This document shows positions 36,867 to 46,467 of a stretch of DNA of 46,467 nt, piece by piece; the first letter of the stretch is position 1, and each line of letters begins with the position of its first letter. A model generated the notes under the pieces. That model made no database searches, had not been told where the DNA came from, and saw only the letters and a list, made by a program, of their open reading frames with translations. Source of the stretch: a virus. Lineage: Duplodnaviria; Caudoviricetes. The stretch spans positions 1-46,467 of the IMG/VR virus record IMGVR_UViG_3300047561_001118, one strand, 5' to 3'. The position numbers and the translations under genes are program-made.

Positions 36867-37602
36867 AATGATCTATATCCAATATATTTAAATGCGCTAT
36901 ATCAACATTACCTAAAAAATGGTAATTGTTTCTTAAAATGATATGTAGGATGCGCTCTCCAAAAAAATCATAAAATCTTGTTTGCTGATTACGTTTATAT
37001 ATTTCTGGAAGGAAATTAGCATAGTTAGAATGAAATTCAAACAATATGCCAAATAATATTTCACAAACACGATTGAATGTAGCTGCATCTGCTGTGAACA
37101 TATGAAATGGCAAAAGATATTTGTACTTTCTTAAATCATCGATCATGTCCACTGTGACAGGTATGCGTTTGTCACCTGCTAATCCATATAATAATTGCCA
37201 TCCTAAATTATTATGGCAATGGCTAAAATGGTCATACACATTATCAACATGAGGTGCAAACCCTTTTATAGCTGTGACAATGTCTTTGGCTTCGGGAACG
37301 TATACTCTATTGGGCTTTAGATCAAATTCTTCATCCCAATAAATTCTATATGTATTAGTTCCTTTATATTCGTGTTGTGCATTTTTCCAAACCCAATAAA
37401 TTCCAGTCAAACTACCAAAATCATTGTTCATATGGCTAATATTTTCACCGATATTATCCATAATGTATCCTCTATTTTGAATAGAAAGATAGTCCGTGTG
37501 ATTATAATTCACAGCTCCACACATAATGTTTCGCTGATCAAACTGATTCTTTTTTGGTTCTCTGCCTACATAGCAGAGACAATACATTCCTAAGTCTATC
37601 AT
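36859..37602 (-). CDS. DUF4422-like putative glycosyltransferase
   Basis: DNIGENISHMN, LTGIYWVWKN, YR, RFYDFFGERIL. Confidence 0.75.
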   Translation of the reverse strand: MIDLGMYCLCYVGREPKKNQFDQRNIMCGAVNYNHTDYLSIQNRGYIMDNIGENISHMNNDFGSLTGIYWVWKNAQHEYKGTNTYRIYWDEEFDLKPNRVYVPEAKDIVTAIKGFAPHVDNVYDHFSHCHNNLGWQLLYGLAGDKRIPVTVDMIDDLRKYKYLLPFHMFTADAATFNRVCEILFGILFEFHSNYANFLPEIYKRNQQTRFYDFFGERILHIILRNNYHFLGNVDIAHLNILDIDHYA

Positions 37603-37625
37603 ATAACATAGTTATCTATGCTAGT

Positions 37626-37653
37626 ATTATAGCGATTTTTTTTACTTTGTCAA
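37626..37653 (-). promoter_or_regulatory. sigma70 promoter for the second glycan cluster
   Basis: TTGACA (37653-37648), N16, TATAAT (37631-37626). Confidence 0.75.
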
Positions 37654-37655
37654 GC

Positions 37656-40067
37656 CTAGCTTATTCGCATAATGGTGATTTTGGACGCAGTATTTCCTGT
37701 ACCCAAAATAATCAAAGCAGTATTTGACCACCAAGTTATATTATCACCTGGGTTACTGATCACAATAAAATCACTAACTGACCCTCTTCTCATTGCGGAA
37801 GAATTTAATTGTAGATATCTCGGTGAGCTTGAGCCATTAATCTTTAACCAAAAATCACTTTGAGCATATCCGCCACCACCGCCTGATACCCCTAAATTGT
37901 AATTTACAGTAACATAATAGCTACCTGCTACGTCAAAAGTAAATGTACCGTCATTATTCATAGATCCAAAACTAGCACCCGATGATAAGCTGGCTGTAGA
38001 ACTAAATGCTACTATAGCACCACTGGCTGTAGTAGTCTGGTCGCCATTTTTTGTATAAACATATGTAGGTGTGGTTACTTGATTTACCCACGTAACACCT
38101 GTTCCTGTGGTTTGTAAGTATTGGCCATTGATGCCAGTAGTGCCATTTGCTGTAACACTACCAGTAATAACTATATCTTCTATCGTTGGATTGATTAATG
38201 TTTTATTTTCAATAGTTTGATTTGCTACTAATGTTACTACTTGACTATTATCGCTAAAGATATCATTGGCATATATCTCGCCTTGGACTCCTAATCCGCC
38301 AGTTACCCTCAAAGCGCCACTATCATTTGATACACTAGGTGTAAATGCTGAAATTATTACTGATCCATCTGTGGCAGTTAGTGTAATTTCACTAGCAGAA
38401 CGAGTATTTTCTATAACAAAGTTCTCATTGTTTGTGGAAATCACACTGGATGTATTGGTAGAAATAAAATCAATATAGTCTCTATCACCGCCAGCTGTAT
38501 AATTTGGTCCTATTCTTAATTTAGCATTAGGTCCCTGAACTACCATATTATAACCTGTAAGCAATGTCTCCGAAGGATCTAATGCTCCTGCATAGACTGT
38601 TCCATCAACAGACAAATTCTTACCTATACCCAGCCCACCTGTAATGGTTACAGCACCTGTTGTTGAATCTGTACTTTCGATATCTGAAGTAAATCTAACT
38701 AAATTATTGGCTCTTAACTCTGTAAAGTATCCAGAACTACGAATTGCAGACCCTATAGGAGTAGCTTGCACCGATCCTGCATAAATTGCTCCATCAACGC
38801 CCAATCCGCCCTTGGTCATTAACGATCCTGTAGATTTTGATGTGCTAGATGACGTTGACCCAATGGTAACATCACCACTATTGAAGTCAATAACTAACGT
38901 ATCGTCGATCCAAGTACCGGCAGGTTTTCTAGTTATATAAAAATTATTATCTCCAGTACGACCTAAAGCAAATTTCGGGTCACCGTTCATTTCAAAAGAC
39001 AATGTATTATAGCCGCCATTGTCCATTGAAGTTTGATTAAGTGCTATATCTGGCTCTCTCCCCTCTAATCTTAGTAATCCTACATTCTCATTGAGACTAT
39101 TGGCTACCAAATAAAAGGGGGATTCTGTTACTGCATTACTTTGGAATGTTAAAGTATTCCTAATTATAGGGTCATCTATATAAGGTTCAGTTAATGTCTT
39201 ATTGGTCAGTGTCTGTTCAGTGTCATCACCGACTAAAATTGTGCTGGCATCTGGTATCGTAACTGTTCTGTCGTTAGTAGGATCTACTACAGTTAGTGTT
39301 GTTTGATAGGCATTGGTAGTAGCACCTTCAAATGTAATGTTTGAATCACTTAAAAATAATCCACTAATTGTAGGATTGGTAAAAGTTTTATTAGTTACAG
39401 TTTCGACACCAGTTAAAGTTACAAATATACTAAGATCCTGGGGTAAACCTTCTGGTCCACTCGGGGCAAATGTAACGTATACAGGGTCTTCATTAGTAAA
39501 ATTGCCCTGAGTCCTTGCTATTTCGACTGTTATTTCATAATAATCTGTGTAATTAGTTAATTCTTTATATTGGAATATCAAAAACCAGTTAGGATCATTT
39601 TGTTTTTCTACTTTGATATAGCCTCTTCTAACACTATTTCCAAATAGATTCAGGCTGTCAAAAAACTCTGATAAGTCATTTTCTGCTGCATCACTCTTGG
39701 CAATGTATATATTAGTAGCATCGCTCATTGTGGCATCATTAAACCTTATTTCGCCAAAAGTAATAGCCGAAGTTGTAATCAATGTGCTGGCATAATAACG
39801 ATATCTAGTAACATCCAAACTACTAGGAGGCACCCAGCTGACATTTCCACTGCCATCTGTTCTTAAAATATAATTAGCAGAGCCTCCTGTTGGGAAGGCA
39901 CTGACTCCAGGTTGTGTAGTATCTAGCCAAAGTAATTTAAGATTTTGCGGAGGAATATTACTTACGTGAATACTCTTACTGATGACCGGACTGCCGTTAA
40001 GGATTAGACCATCTTCGTCGGTACTGAGTAAATGCGATGGGCCCGTCTGGTCTAAATTAATTGACAT
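37656..40067 (-). CDS. virion fibre/structural protein with possible C-terminal C1q-like domain
   Basis: FEGAT...TTLTVVDPT.DRTVTIPD, QTLTNKTL, three STGAL.V.GGLG-type repeats, C-terminal GTFTFDVAGSYYVTVN; GAGG SD. Confidence 0.75.
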   Translation of the reverse strand: MSINLDQTGPSHLLSTDEDGLILNGSPVISKSIHVSNIPPQNLKLLWLDTTQPGVSAFPTGGSANYILRTDGSGNVSWVPPSSLDVTRYRYYASTLITTSAITFGEIRFNDATMSDATNIYIAKSDAAENDLSEFFDSLNLFGNSVRRGYIKVEKQNDPNWFLIFQYKELTNYTDYYEITVEIARTQGNFTNEDPVYVTFAPSGPEGLPQDLSIFVTLTGVETVTNKTFTNPTISGLFLSDSNITFEGATTNAYQTTLTVVDPTNDRTVTIPDASTILVGDDTEQTLTNKTLTEPYIDDPIIRNTLTFQSNAVTESPFYLVANSLNENVGLLRLEGREPDIALNQTSMDNGGYNTLSFEMNGDPKFALGRTGDNNFYITRKPAGTWIDDTLVIDFNSGDVTIGSTSSSTSKSTGSLMTKGGLGVDGAIYAGSVQATPIGSAIRSSGYFTELRANNLVRFTSDIESTDSTTGAVTITGGLGIGKNLSVDGTVYAGALDPSETLLTGYNMVVQGPNAKLRIGPNYTAGGDRDYIDFISTNTSSVISTNNENFVIENTRSASEITLTATDGSVIISAFTPSVSNDSGALRVTGGLGVQGEIYANDIFSDNSQVVTLVANQTIENKTLINPTIEDIVITGSVTANGTTGINGQYLQTTGTGVTWVNQVTTPTYVYTKNGDQTTTASGAIVAFSSTASLSSGASFGSMNNDGTFTFDVAGSYYVTVNYNLGVSGGGGGYAQSDFWLKINGSSSPRYLQLNSSAMRRGSVSDFIVISNPGDNITWWSNTALIILGTGNTASKITIMRIS

Positions 40068-40087
40068 TTATCATTCCTCTCTATTAC

Positions 40088-43000
40088 TTATAACCCTGCT
40101 ATTATACTTTGGAAGTCTGCAAAGTCTGTCGCAGTAGATACCCAAGTTTTCAAATCAGCTAATGAAACAGTACCAATTGTTCCATCAGTACCTTGTGTAC
40201 CAGTAGCACCTTGAACACCTGTACCAGTAGTGCCTTGGCTACCTTGTAAACCAGTTGTTCCATCAGTGCCTTGTAAACCTGTAATACCTTGGAATCCACG
40301 AATGCCTTGTGTACCTTGTAGTCCATCAGTGCCTTGTGTACCAGTAGTCCCTTGTAATCCAGTCGTACCTTGGATACCTTGACGTCCTTGAATACCTTGT
40401 TGTCCCTGTGTGCCTTGTATGCCCTGTGTACCTTGTGCTGCTTGTGTGCCCTGTATACCTTGTGTACCTTGTGTACCTTGCGTACCTTGCGTACCTTGTG
40501 TGCCCTGTACGCCTTGACCGCCCTGAATACCTTGACGTCCTTGAATACCTTGTACGCCTTGGAACCCATCAGTGCCTTGTGTACCCTGTACGCCTTGGCC
40601 ACCTTGAATACCTTGACGTCCTTGAATACCTTGTTGTCCCTGTGTGCCTTGTGTACCTTGTATGCCTTGTTGCCCCTGTATACCTTGGCTACCTTGTATG
40701 CCCTGTGTACCTTGCGTACCTTGCGTACCTTGTATGCCTTGTTGCCCCTGTATACCTTGGCTACCTTGTATGCCCTGTGTGCCTTGTTGGCCTTGAATCC
40801 CTTGAATACCTTGTACACCCTGTATACCTTGAATACCCTGACTGGATATCTGTGCCCAATATGTAGTAGCTGTAGTTGGATTTTGACTTGTGCTATGAGC
40901 TAGGATACAAACATACGATGTGCCAGAATAGAACACAATGTCATCAATGGCATATGTTGTGCCACCTACCCAAGTTGCTTTCCAAGTTAAGCCTCTGCCT
41001 TGAACGCCCTGTTGACCTTGTGTACCTTGGATACCTTGTCCACCTTGTATACCTTGTACACCCTGTATACCTTGGCCGCCTTGAATACCTTGTATACCTT
41101 GTCCACCTTGTATACCCTGTACGCCTTGGATACCTTGTACGCCTTGGATACCTTGACCGCCCTGAATACCCTGTACACCTTGTATACCCTGCACACCCTG
41201 AATACCTTGTACACCCTGAATACCCTGACCGCCCTGAATACCCTGCACACCCTGAATACCTTGTACACCTTGTACACCTTGAATACCTTGCGTATCCAAT
41301 CTGCTCCAGTTAGCTGTATTAAGTGTAGTTGGGCGGGAATTTGTGTTAACTACTACTGCAATCCAAGAATTACCATTTTCAAATACTACATCATTTATAT
41401 CATAGCTTGCAACACTGGACCAAACGCCTTTCCAAACAATTCCCAATCCTTGTACACCTTGAATGCCCTGTACACCCTGTATACCTTGCACACCCTGAAT
41501 ACCCTGTACACCTTGACGTCCTTGTACACCTTGAATACCCTGCCCACCTTGGATACCCTGTACACCTTGGATACCCTGTACACCTTGTATACCTTGAACG
41601 CCTTGTATACCCTGCCCGCCTTGGATCCCCTGTACACCCTGTACACCCTGTACACCCTGTATACCCTGTTGGGTCATTTGGTTCCAATATGTAGTATTGC
41701 CCACACTCGGACGTTGATTGGTAAAGGTTCCACTCGCGTATGGCCATACAGCAATCCAGCTCTGTCCATTTTCAAATACTACATCGTTCTGTGTATAAGC
41801 AGTAACACTACTCCACACACCTCTCCAGTTAATACTTAGACCCTGTATACCCTGTATACCCTGTACACCTTGGATACCTTGTACACCTTGAATACCTTGT
41901 ACACCCTGTATACCCTGTACACCTTGAATACCCTGTCCACCTTGAATACCTTGTACACCTTGTATACCTTGTACACCTTGACGTCCTTGTACACCTTGAA
42001 TACCTTGACCACCTTGGATCCCCTGTACACCTTGTATACCTTGAACACCTTGTATACCTTGAACACCTTGAATACCCTGTCCACCTTGTATACCTTGTAC
42101 ACCCTGTACACCTTGGATACCTTGGATACCCTGTTGGGTCATTTGGTTCCAATATGTAGTGTTAGATACACTTGGACGCTGATTTGTAAAGGTTCCGCTC
42201 GCGTATGGCCATACAGCAATCCAGCTCTGTCCATTTTCAAATACCACATCGTTCTGGCTATACGCAGTAACACTACTCCAAGTACCTTTCCAGTTAATAC
42301 TTAGACCCTGTATACCCTGTATACCTTGTACACCTTGAATACCCTGTACACCTTGGATACCCTGCACACCTTGTATACCTTGACCACCTTGAATACCTTG
42401 TACACCTTGGATACCCTGTACACCTTGTACACCTTGGATACCTTGGCTATCCATTTGGTTCCAATATGTAGTGTTGGATAAACTTGGGCGCTGATTTGTA
42501 AAGGTTCCACTGCTAAATGGCCATACTGCAATCCAGCTCTGTCCTTTTTCAAATACTACATCATTCTGGCTGTAAGCAGTAACACTACTCCATACACCTT
42601 TCCATACAATACTAAACCCTTGAATACCCTGTATACCTTGTACACCTTGAATACCCTGTACACCTTGAATACCCTGTACACCTTGGATGCCTTGACCACC
42701 TTGGATCCCCTGTACACCTTGAATACCTTGAACACCTTGTATACCTTGAACACCTTGACTGGTCATTAGGTTCCAATATGTAGTGTTAGATACACTTGGA
42801 CGTTGATTGGTAAATGTTCCGCTCGCGTATGGGTATACTGCTATCCAGCTTTGTCCATTCTCAAATACCACATCGTTCTGGCTATACGCAGTAACACTAC
42901 TCCAAGTACCTTTCCAGTTAATACTTAGACCCTGTATACCCTGTATACCTTGTACGCCTTGTACACCTTGGATACCTTGGATACCTTGGCTATCCATTCT

Positions 43001-46000
43001 GTTCCAATATGTAGTGTTAGATACACTTGGACGTTGATTCGTAAATGTTCCGCTTGCAAATGGATACACTGCAATCCAGCTACTACCATTTTCAAATACT
43101 ACATCGTTCTGTGTATACGCAGTAACACTACTCCAAGTGCCTTTCCAAACAATACTAAAACCTTGGATACCTTGGATACCTTGTACACCTTGTATGCCCT
43201 GCACACCTTGTATACCCTGTACACCCTGTATACCTTGACGACCTTGAATACCCTGAATACCTTGATTACCTTGAATACCCTGAGCGCCAGTCAATTCCCA
43301 GTTCTGCTTTGTTGCGTCACCTGGCCAATCAGCAGGCTGATATAGATCCGGCTGTCTAGCACTATTATATGGTGCTATTGCGCTTGGCCCAGACGGTGTT
43401 AACGCTACATACGTACTACCAAGATATGAAACCATATCATTTTGGGAATATGTGGTTGTTGCTAACCAAGCACCTTGCCACTTAAAGCCTGAACCTTGAA
43501 TACCCTGTGTACCTTGAATACCCTGTGTACCTTGAATACCCTGTACACCCTGTACACCTTGAATACCTTGGGTAGTCATTCTACTCCAATATGTAGTATT
43601 ACTCGGGCTTGGACGCTGGTTTGTACTGGCTAATACTGCTATCCAACTTTGCCCATTTTCAAATACAGCATCGTTGATAGCATATGTTGTAGCACTTGAC
43701 CATACACCTCTCCAGAACAGACCCAATCCTTGAATACCTTGGATACCCTGTACACCCTGTATACCTTGTACACCTTGTATACCCTGTACACCCTGTATAC
43801 CCTGTACACCTTGAATACCTTGACCACCTTGGATACCCTGTACACCTTGGATACCCTGTACACCTTGGATACCTTGGTTGGTCATCACGTTCCAATATGT
43901 AGTATTTCCTACACTTGGTCTTTGGTTCGTAAATGTTCCACTTGCAAATGGCCATACTGCAATCCAAGTCTGTCCAGCCTCATATACAATGTCGTTCTGT
44001 GTGTAAGCAGTGGCACTATTCCAAGTACCTTTCCATATCAAACTTAGGCCTTGAATACCTTGTACACCTTGTACACCTTGTACACCCTGTATACCTTGGC
44101 CACCTTGAATACCTTGTACGCCCTGGATACCTTGTACACCTTGGATACCCTGTCCACCTTGGATACCTTGTACACCTTGGATACCTTGTACACCTTGGAT
44201 ACCCTGTCCACCTTGGATACCTTGTACACCTTGGATGCCTTGTACGCCTTGCACACCCTGTATACCTTGGCTATCCATTCTGTTCCAATATGTAGTGTTA
44301 GATACACTTGGTCGTTGATTGGTAAATGTGCCGCTTGCAAATGGCCATACAGCAATCCAGCTATTTCCATTTTCAAATACCACATCATTCTGTGTATAAG
44401 CAGTAACACTACTCCAAGTGCCTTTCCATACTAAACTGAGGCCTTGAATACCCTGTATACCTTGTACACCTTGAATACCTTGTACGCCTTGAATACCTTG
44501 TACGCCTTGTATACCTTGTACACCTTGTATACCTTGACCACCTTGTATACCCTGTACACCCTGTATGCCTTGTACACCTTGTATACCCTGTACGCCCTGT
44601 ATACCTTGACCACCTTGGATACCTTGTACACCCTGTATACCTTGTACACCCTGTATACCTTGGCCACCTTGTATACCTTGTACACCCTGTATACCTTGTA
44701 CACCTTGTACACCCTGTACACCTTGTATACCTTGACTGGTCATTATGTTCCAGTATGTGGTGTTAGCTAAACTTGGACGTTGATTCGTAAATGTTCCACT
44801 TGCGAATGGCCATACTGCAATCCAGCTCTGTCCGTTTTCATATACTACATCATTCTGTGTGTAAGCCGTAGCACTACTCCAAGTGCCCTTCCATACAAAG
44901 CTTAGGCCTTGAATACCTTGAATACCTTGTACACCTTGAATACCTTGTACACCTTGTATACCTTGTACACCTTGAATACCTTGTACACCTTGAATACCCT
45001 GCCCGCCTTGTATACCTTGTACACCTTGGATACCTTGTACGCCTTGGATACCTTGTACGCCTTGGATACCCTGTCCACCTTGAATACCTTGTACACCCTG
45101 TATGCCCTGTATGCCCTGACCACCTTGAATACCTTGTACACCCTGGATACCTTGTACACCCTGTATACCCTGTACACCCTGTATGCCCTGACCACCTTGA
45201 ATACCTTGTACACCCTGGATACCTTGTACACCCTGTATACCCTGACCACCTTGAATACCTTGTACACCCTGTATGCCCTGTACACCCTGTATACCCTGTA
45301 CACCCTGTATACCCTGTACACCCTGTATACCCTGTACACCTTGTACACCTTGTATACCTTGGGCTGTCATTCTATTCCAATATGTGGTATTTGCGTCACT
45401 TGGTATTTGGGCAGTAAATGTTCCGCTTGCGTATGACCATACTGCAATCCAACTATTACCGTTATAATAAACTACATCGTTCTGAGTATAAGCAGTGGCA
45501 CTAGTCCAATTGCCTTTCCAGTTAAAACTTAGACCCTGAATACCTTGAATACCCTGTACACCTTGAATACCTTGTACGCCTTGCATACCCTGTACACCCT
45601 GTACGCCTTGGATACCTTGGCTAGCAACCATTCTCCAATATGTTATACCTGAAATATCTGGTCGATGATTCAAGTTAGGATATATCATAGAAGTATAACT
45701 ACTACCACTATAGAATACTGTATCGTTATTGGTATAAGTGTATGCAGCGTCCCAAACTCCTATGAATGTGAAACCGTCTCCCTTAATACCTTGAATACCC
45801 TGTACACCCTGTATACCTTGTACACCTTGAATACCTTGTACACCTTGAATACCTTGTACACCTTGAATACCTTGTACACCTTGAAAACCTTGTACACCTT
45901 GAATACCTTGTACACCTTGAATACCTTGTACACCTTGAATACCTTGTACACCTTGAATACCTTGTACACCTTGAATACCTTGTACACCTTGAATACCTTG

Positions 46001-46465
46001 ACCACCTTGAATACCCTGTACACCTTGAATACCCTGTACACCCTGTATACCCTGCCCGCCTTGTATACCCTGTACACCTTGAATGCCTTGTACACCTTGT
46101 ATACCCTGTCCACCTTGGATACCTTGTACACCTTGAATACCTTGGATGCCTTGACCACCTTGAATACCCTGTACACCTTGAATACCCTGTACACCTTGAA
46201 TACCCTGTACACCTTGAATACCTTGACCACCTTGAATACCCTGTACACCTTGAATACCCTGTACACCTTGAATACCTTGACCACCTTGAATACCTTGTAC
46301 ACCTTGGATGCCCTGTACACCCTGTATACCTTGGCTGCTCGTTTGTTGCCAATAGGCGTTACCTGATATAACAGCCGCTTGGTCTGTGGTCAATGTACTT
46401 GGGAAGCTACGTCCAGTACCCCAAATAACTCTTACTGCACCACCTAAACCAGCTGATCCGCCACT
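40088..46465 (-). CDS. giant collagen-like fibre protein with 14 aromatic CBM5/12-like modules, 5'-truncated
   Basis: Gly-(Ile/Val/Thr/Gly)-Gln tracts; the frame stays open upstream of 46393 to the window end ([27 protein letters not shown]). Confidence 0.88.
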   Translation of the reverse strand, partial: SGGSAGLGGAVRVIWGTGRSFPSTLTTDQAAVISGNAYWQQTSSQGIQGVQGIQGVQGIQGGQGIQGVQGIQGVQGIQGGQGIQGVQGIQGVQGIQGVQGIQGGQGIQGIQGVQGIQGGQGIQGVQGIQGVQGIQGGQGIQGVQGIQGVQGIQGGQGIQGVQGIQGVQGIQGVQGIQGVQGIQGVQGIQGVQGFQGVQGIQGVQGIQGVQGIQGVQGIQGVQGIQGIKGDGFTFIGVWDAAYTYTNNDTVFYSGSSYTSMIYPNLNHRPDISGITYWRMVASQGIQGVQGVQGMQGVQGIQGVQGIQGIQGLSFNWKGNWTSATAYTQNDVVYYNGNSWIAVWSYASGTFTAQIPSDANTTYWNRMTAQGIQGVQGVQGIQGVQGIQGVQGIQGVQGIQGVQGIQGGQGIQGVQGIQGVQGIQGGQGIQGVQGIQGVQGIQGVQGIQGGQGIQGIQGVQGIQGGQGIQGVQGIQGVQGIQGVQGIQGGQGIQGVQGIQGVQGIQGVQGIQGVQGIQGIQGLSFVWKGTWSSATAYTQNDVVYENGQSWIAVWPFASGTFTNQRPSLANTTYWNIMTSQGIQGVQGVQGVQGIQGVQGIQGGQGIQGVQGIQGVQGIQGGQGIQGVQGIQGVQGIQGVQGIQGGQGIQGVQGIQGVQGIQGVQGIQGVQGIQGIQGLSLVWKGTWSSVTAYTQNDVVFENGNSWIAVWPFASGTFTNQRPSVSNTTYWNRMDSQGIQGVQGVQGIQGVQGIQGGQGIQGVQGIQGVQGIQGGQGIQGVQGIQGVQGIQGGQGIQGVQGVQGVQGIQGLSLIWKGTWNSATAYTQNDIVYEAGQTWIAVWPFASGTFTNQRPSVGNTTYWNVMTNQGIQGVQGIQGVQGIQGGQGIQGVQGIQGVQGIQGVQGIQGVQGIQGIQGLGLFWRGVWSSATTYAINDAVFENGQSWIAVLASTNQRPSPSNTTYWSRMTTQGIQGVQGVQGIQGTQGIQGTQGIQGSGFKWQGAWLATTTYSQNDMVSYLGSTYVALTPSGPSAIAPYNSARQPDLYQPADWPGDATKQNWELTGAQGIQGNQGIQGIQGRQGIQGVQGIQGVQGIQGVQGIQGIQGFSIVWKGTWSSVTAYTQNDVVFENGSSWIAVYPFASGTFTNQRPSVSNTTYWNRMDSQGIQGIQGVQGVQGIQGIQGLSINWKGTWSSVTAYSQNDVVFENGQSWIAVYPYASGTFTNQRPSVSNTTYWNLMTSQGVQGIQGVQGIQGVQGIQGGQGIQGVQGIQGVQGIQGVQGIQGIQGFSIVWKGVWSSVTAYSQNDVVFEKGQSWIAVWPFSSGTFTNQRPSLSNTTYWNQMDSQGIQGVQGVQGIQGVQGIQGGQGIQGVQGIQGVQGIQGVQGIQGIQGLSINWKGTWSSVTAYSQNDVVFENGQSWIAVWPYASGTFTNQRPSVSNTTYWNQMTQQGIQGIQGVQGVQGIQGGQGIQGVQGIQGVQGIQGVQGIQGGQGIQGVQGRQGVQGIQGVQGIQGGQGIQGVQGIQGVQGIQGVQGIQGVQGIQGIQGLSINWRGVWSSVTAYTQNDVVFENGQSWIAVWPYASGTFTNQRPSVGNTTYWNQMTQQGIQGVQGVQGVQGIQGGQGIQGVQGIQGVQGIQGVQGIQGGQGIQGVQGRQGVQGIQGVQGIQGVQGIQGVQGLGIVWKGVWSSVASYDINDVVFENGNSWIAVVVNTNSRPTTLNTANWSRLDTQGIQGVQGVQGIQGVQGIQGGQGIQGVQGIQGVQGIQGVQGIQGGQGIQGVQGIQGVQGIQGGQGIQGIQGGQGIQGVQGIQGGQGIQGTQGQQGVQGRGLTWKATWVGGTTYAIDDIVFYSGTSYVCILAHSTSQNPTTATTYWAQISSQGIQGIQGVQGIQGIQGQQGTQGIQGSQGIQGQQGIQGTQGTQGTQGIQGSQGIQGQQGIQGTQGTQGQQGIQGRQGIQGGQGVQGTQGTDGFQGVQGIQGRQGIQGGQGVQGTQGTQGTQGTQGTQGIQGTQAAQGTQGIQGTQGQQGIQGRQGIQGTTGLQGTTGTQGTDGLQGTQGIRGFQGITGLQGTDGTTGLQGSQGTTGTGVQGATGTQGTDGTIGTVSLADLKTWVSTATDFADFQSIIAGL
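40170..46335. repeat. 9 bp-period degenerate tandem repeats interrupted by ~160-210 bp module repeats
   Basis: Units such as accttgtac, accttgaat and accctgtat throughout. Confidence 0.95.
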
Positions 46466-46467
46466 TC

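Noticed and set aside
634-39510. Short shadow ORFs overlapping recognised genes (e.g. 7451-7951, 9347-9760, 17400-17609)
   Set aside because: Antisense or out of frame to motif-supported genes, with no independent evidence
40844-45782. Repeat/unique alternation resembling a CRISPR array or DGR template
   Set aside because: Units are 160-210 bp, in-frame coding and vary mainly at synonymous positions; no cas or reverse transcriptase gene in the window
40159-46366. Many alternative-frame and antisense ORFs (TLYTLN, YKVFKV, CTRYSR repeats)
   Set aside because: By-products of the 9 bp collagen periodicity lacking stops; they end at module boundaries and show no RBS
1-46467. Stop-codon reassignment
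   Set aside because: Core genes are full length under code 11; TAG (7336, 37656) and TGA are both used as stops
1-46467. tRNA or other ncRNA genes
   Set aside because: Intergenic gaps are short (about 130 bp or less) and show no cloverleaf or T-loop signature

Overview
A 46.5 kb fragment of a large, AT-rich, T4-like contractile-tailed phage genome, read with the standard genetic code. The + strand block (1-11852) holds nucleotide metabolism and early/middle genes: HIT hydrolase, folE, MazG-like, queE, a methyltransferase, RNase H/5'-3' exonuclease, an AAA ATPase plus VWA/HExxH partner, and thyX. The mostly - strand block holds a glycosyltransferase/methyltransferase cluster, uvsY-uvsX-gp32, putative internal head proteins, terminase subunits, gp4, tail tube and sheath, dNMP kinase and gp13. 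A divergent gp14-gp15-NUDIX unit follows on +, then a second glycan-modification cluster, a fibre protein, and a >2100 aa Gly-X-Gln collagen with 14 interspersed aromatic modules that runs off the window. I saw no tRNA, CRISPR array, intron/intein or mobile element. Best leads: a collagen fibre possibly glycosylated by phage enzymes; a 7-deazaguanine cluster with an atypical CX3CX38C QueE and an unannotated CDGSH-like mini Fe-S protein; apparently leaderless late transcripts; and hairpin-embedded promoters. All calls come from motif recognition by eye; no database searches were run.
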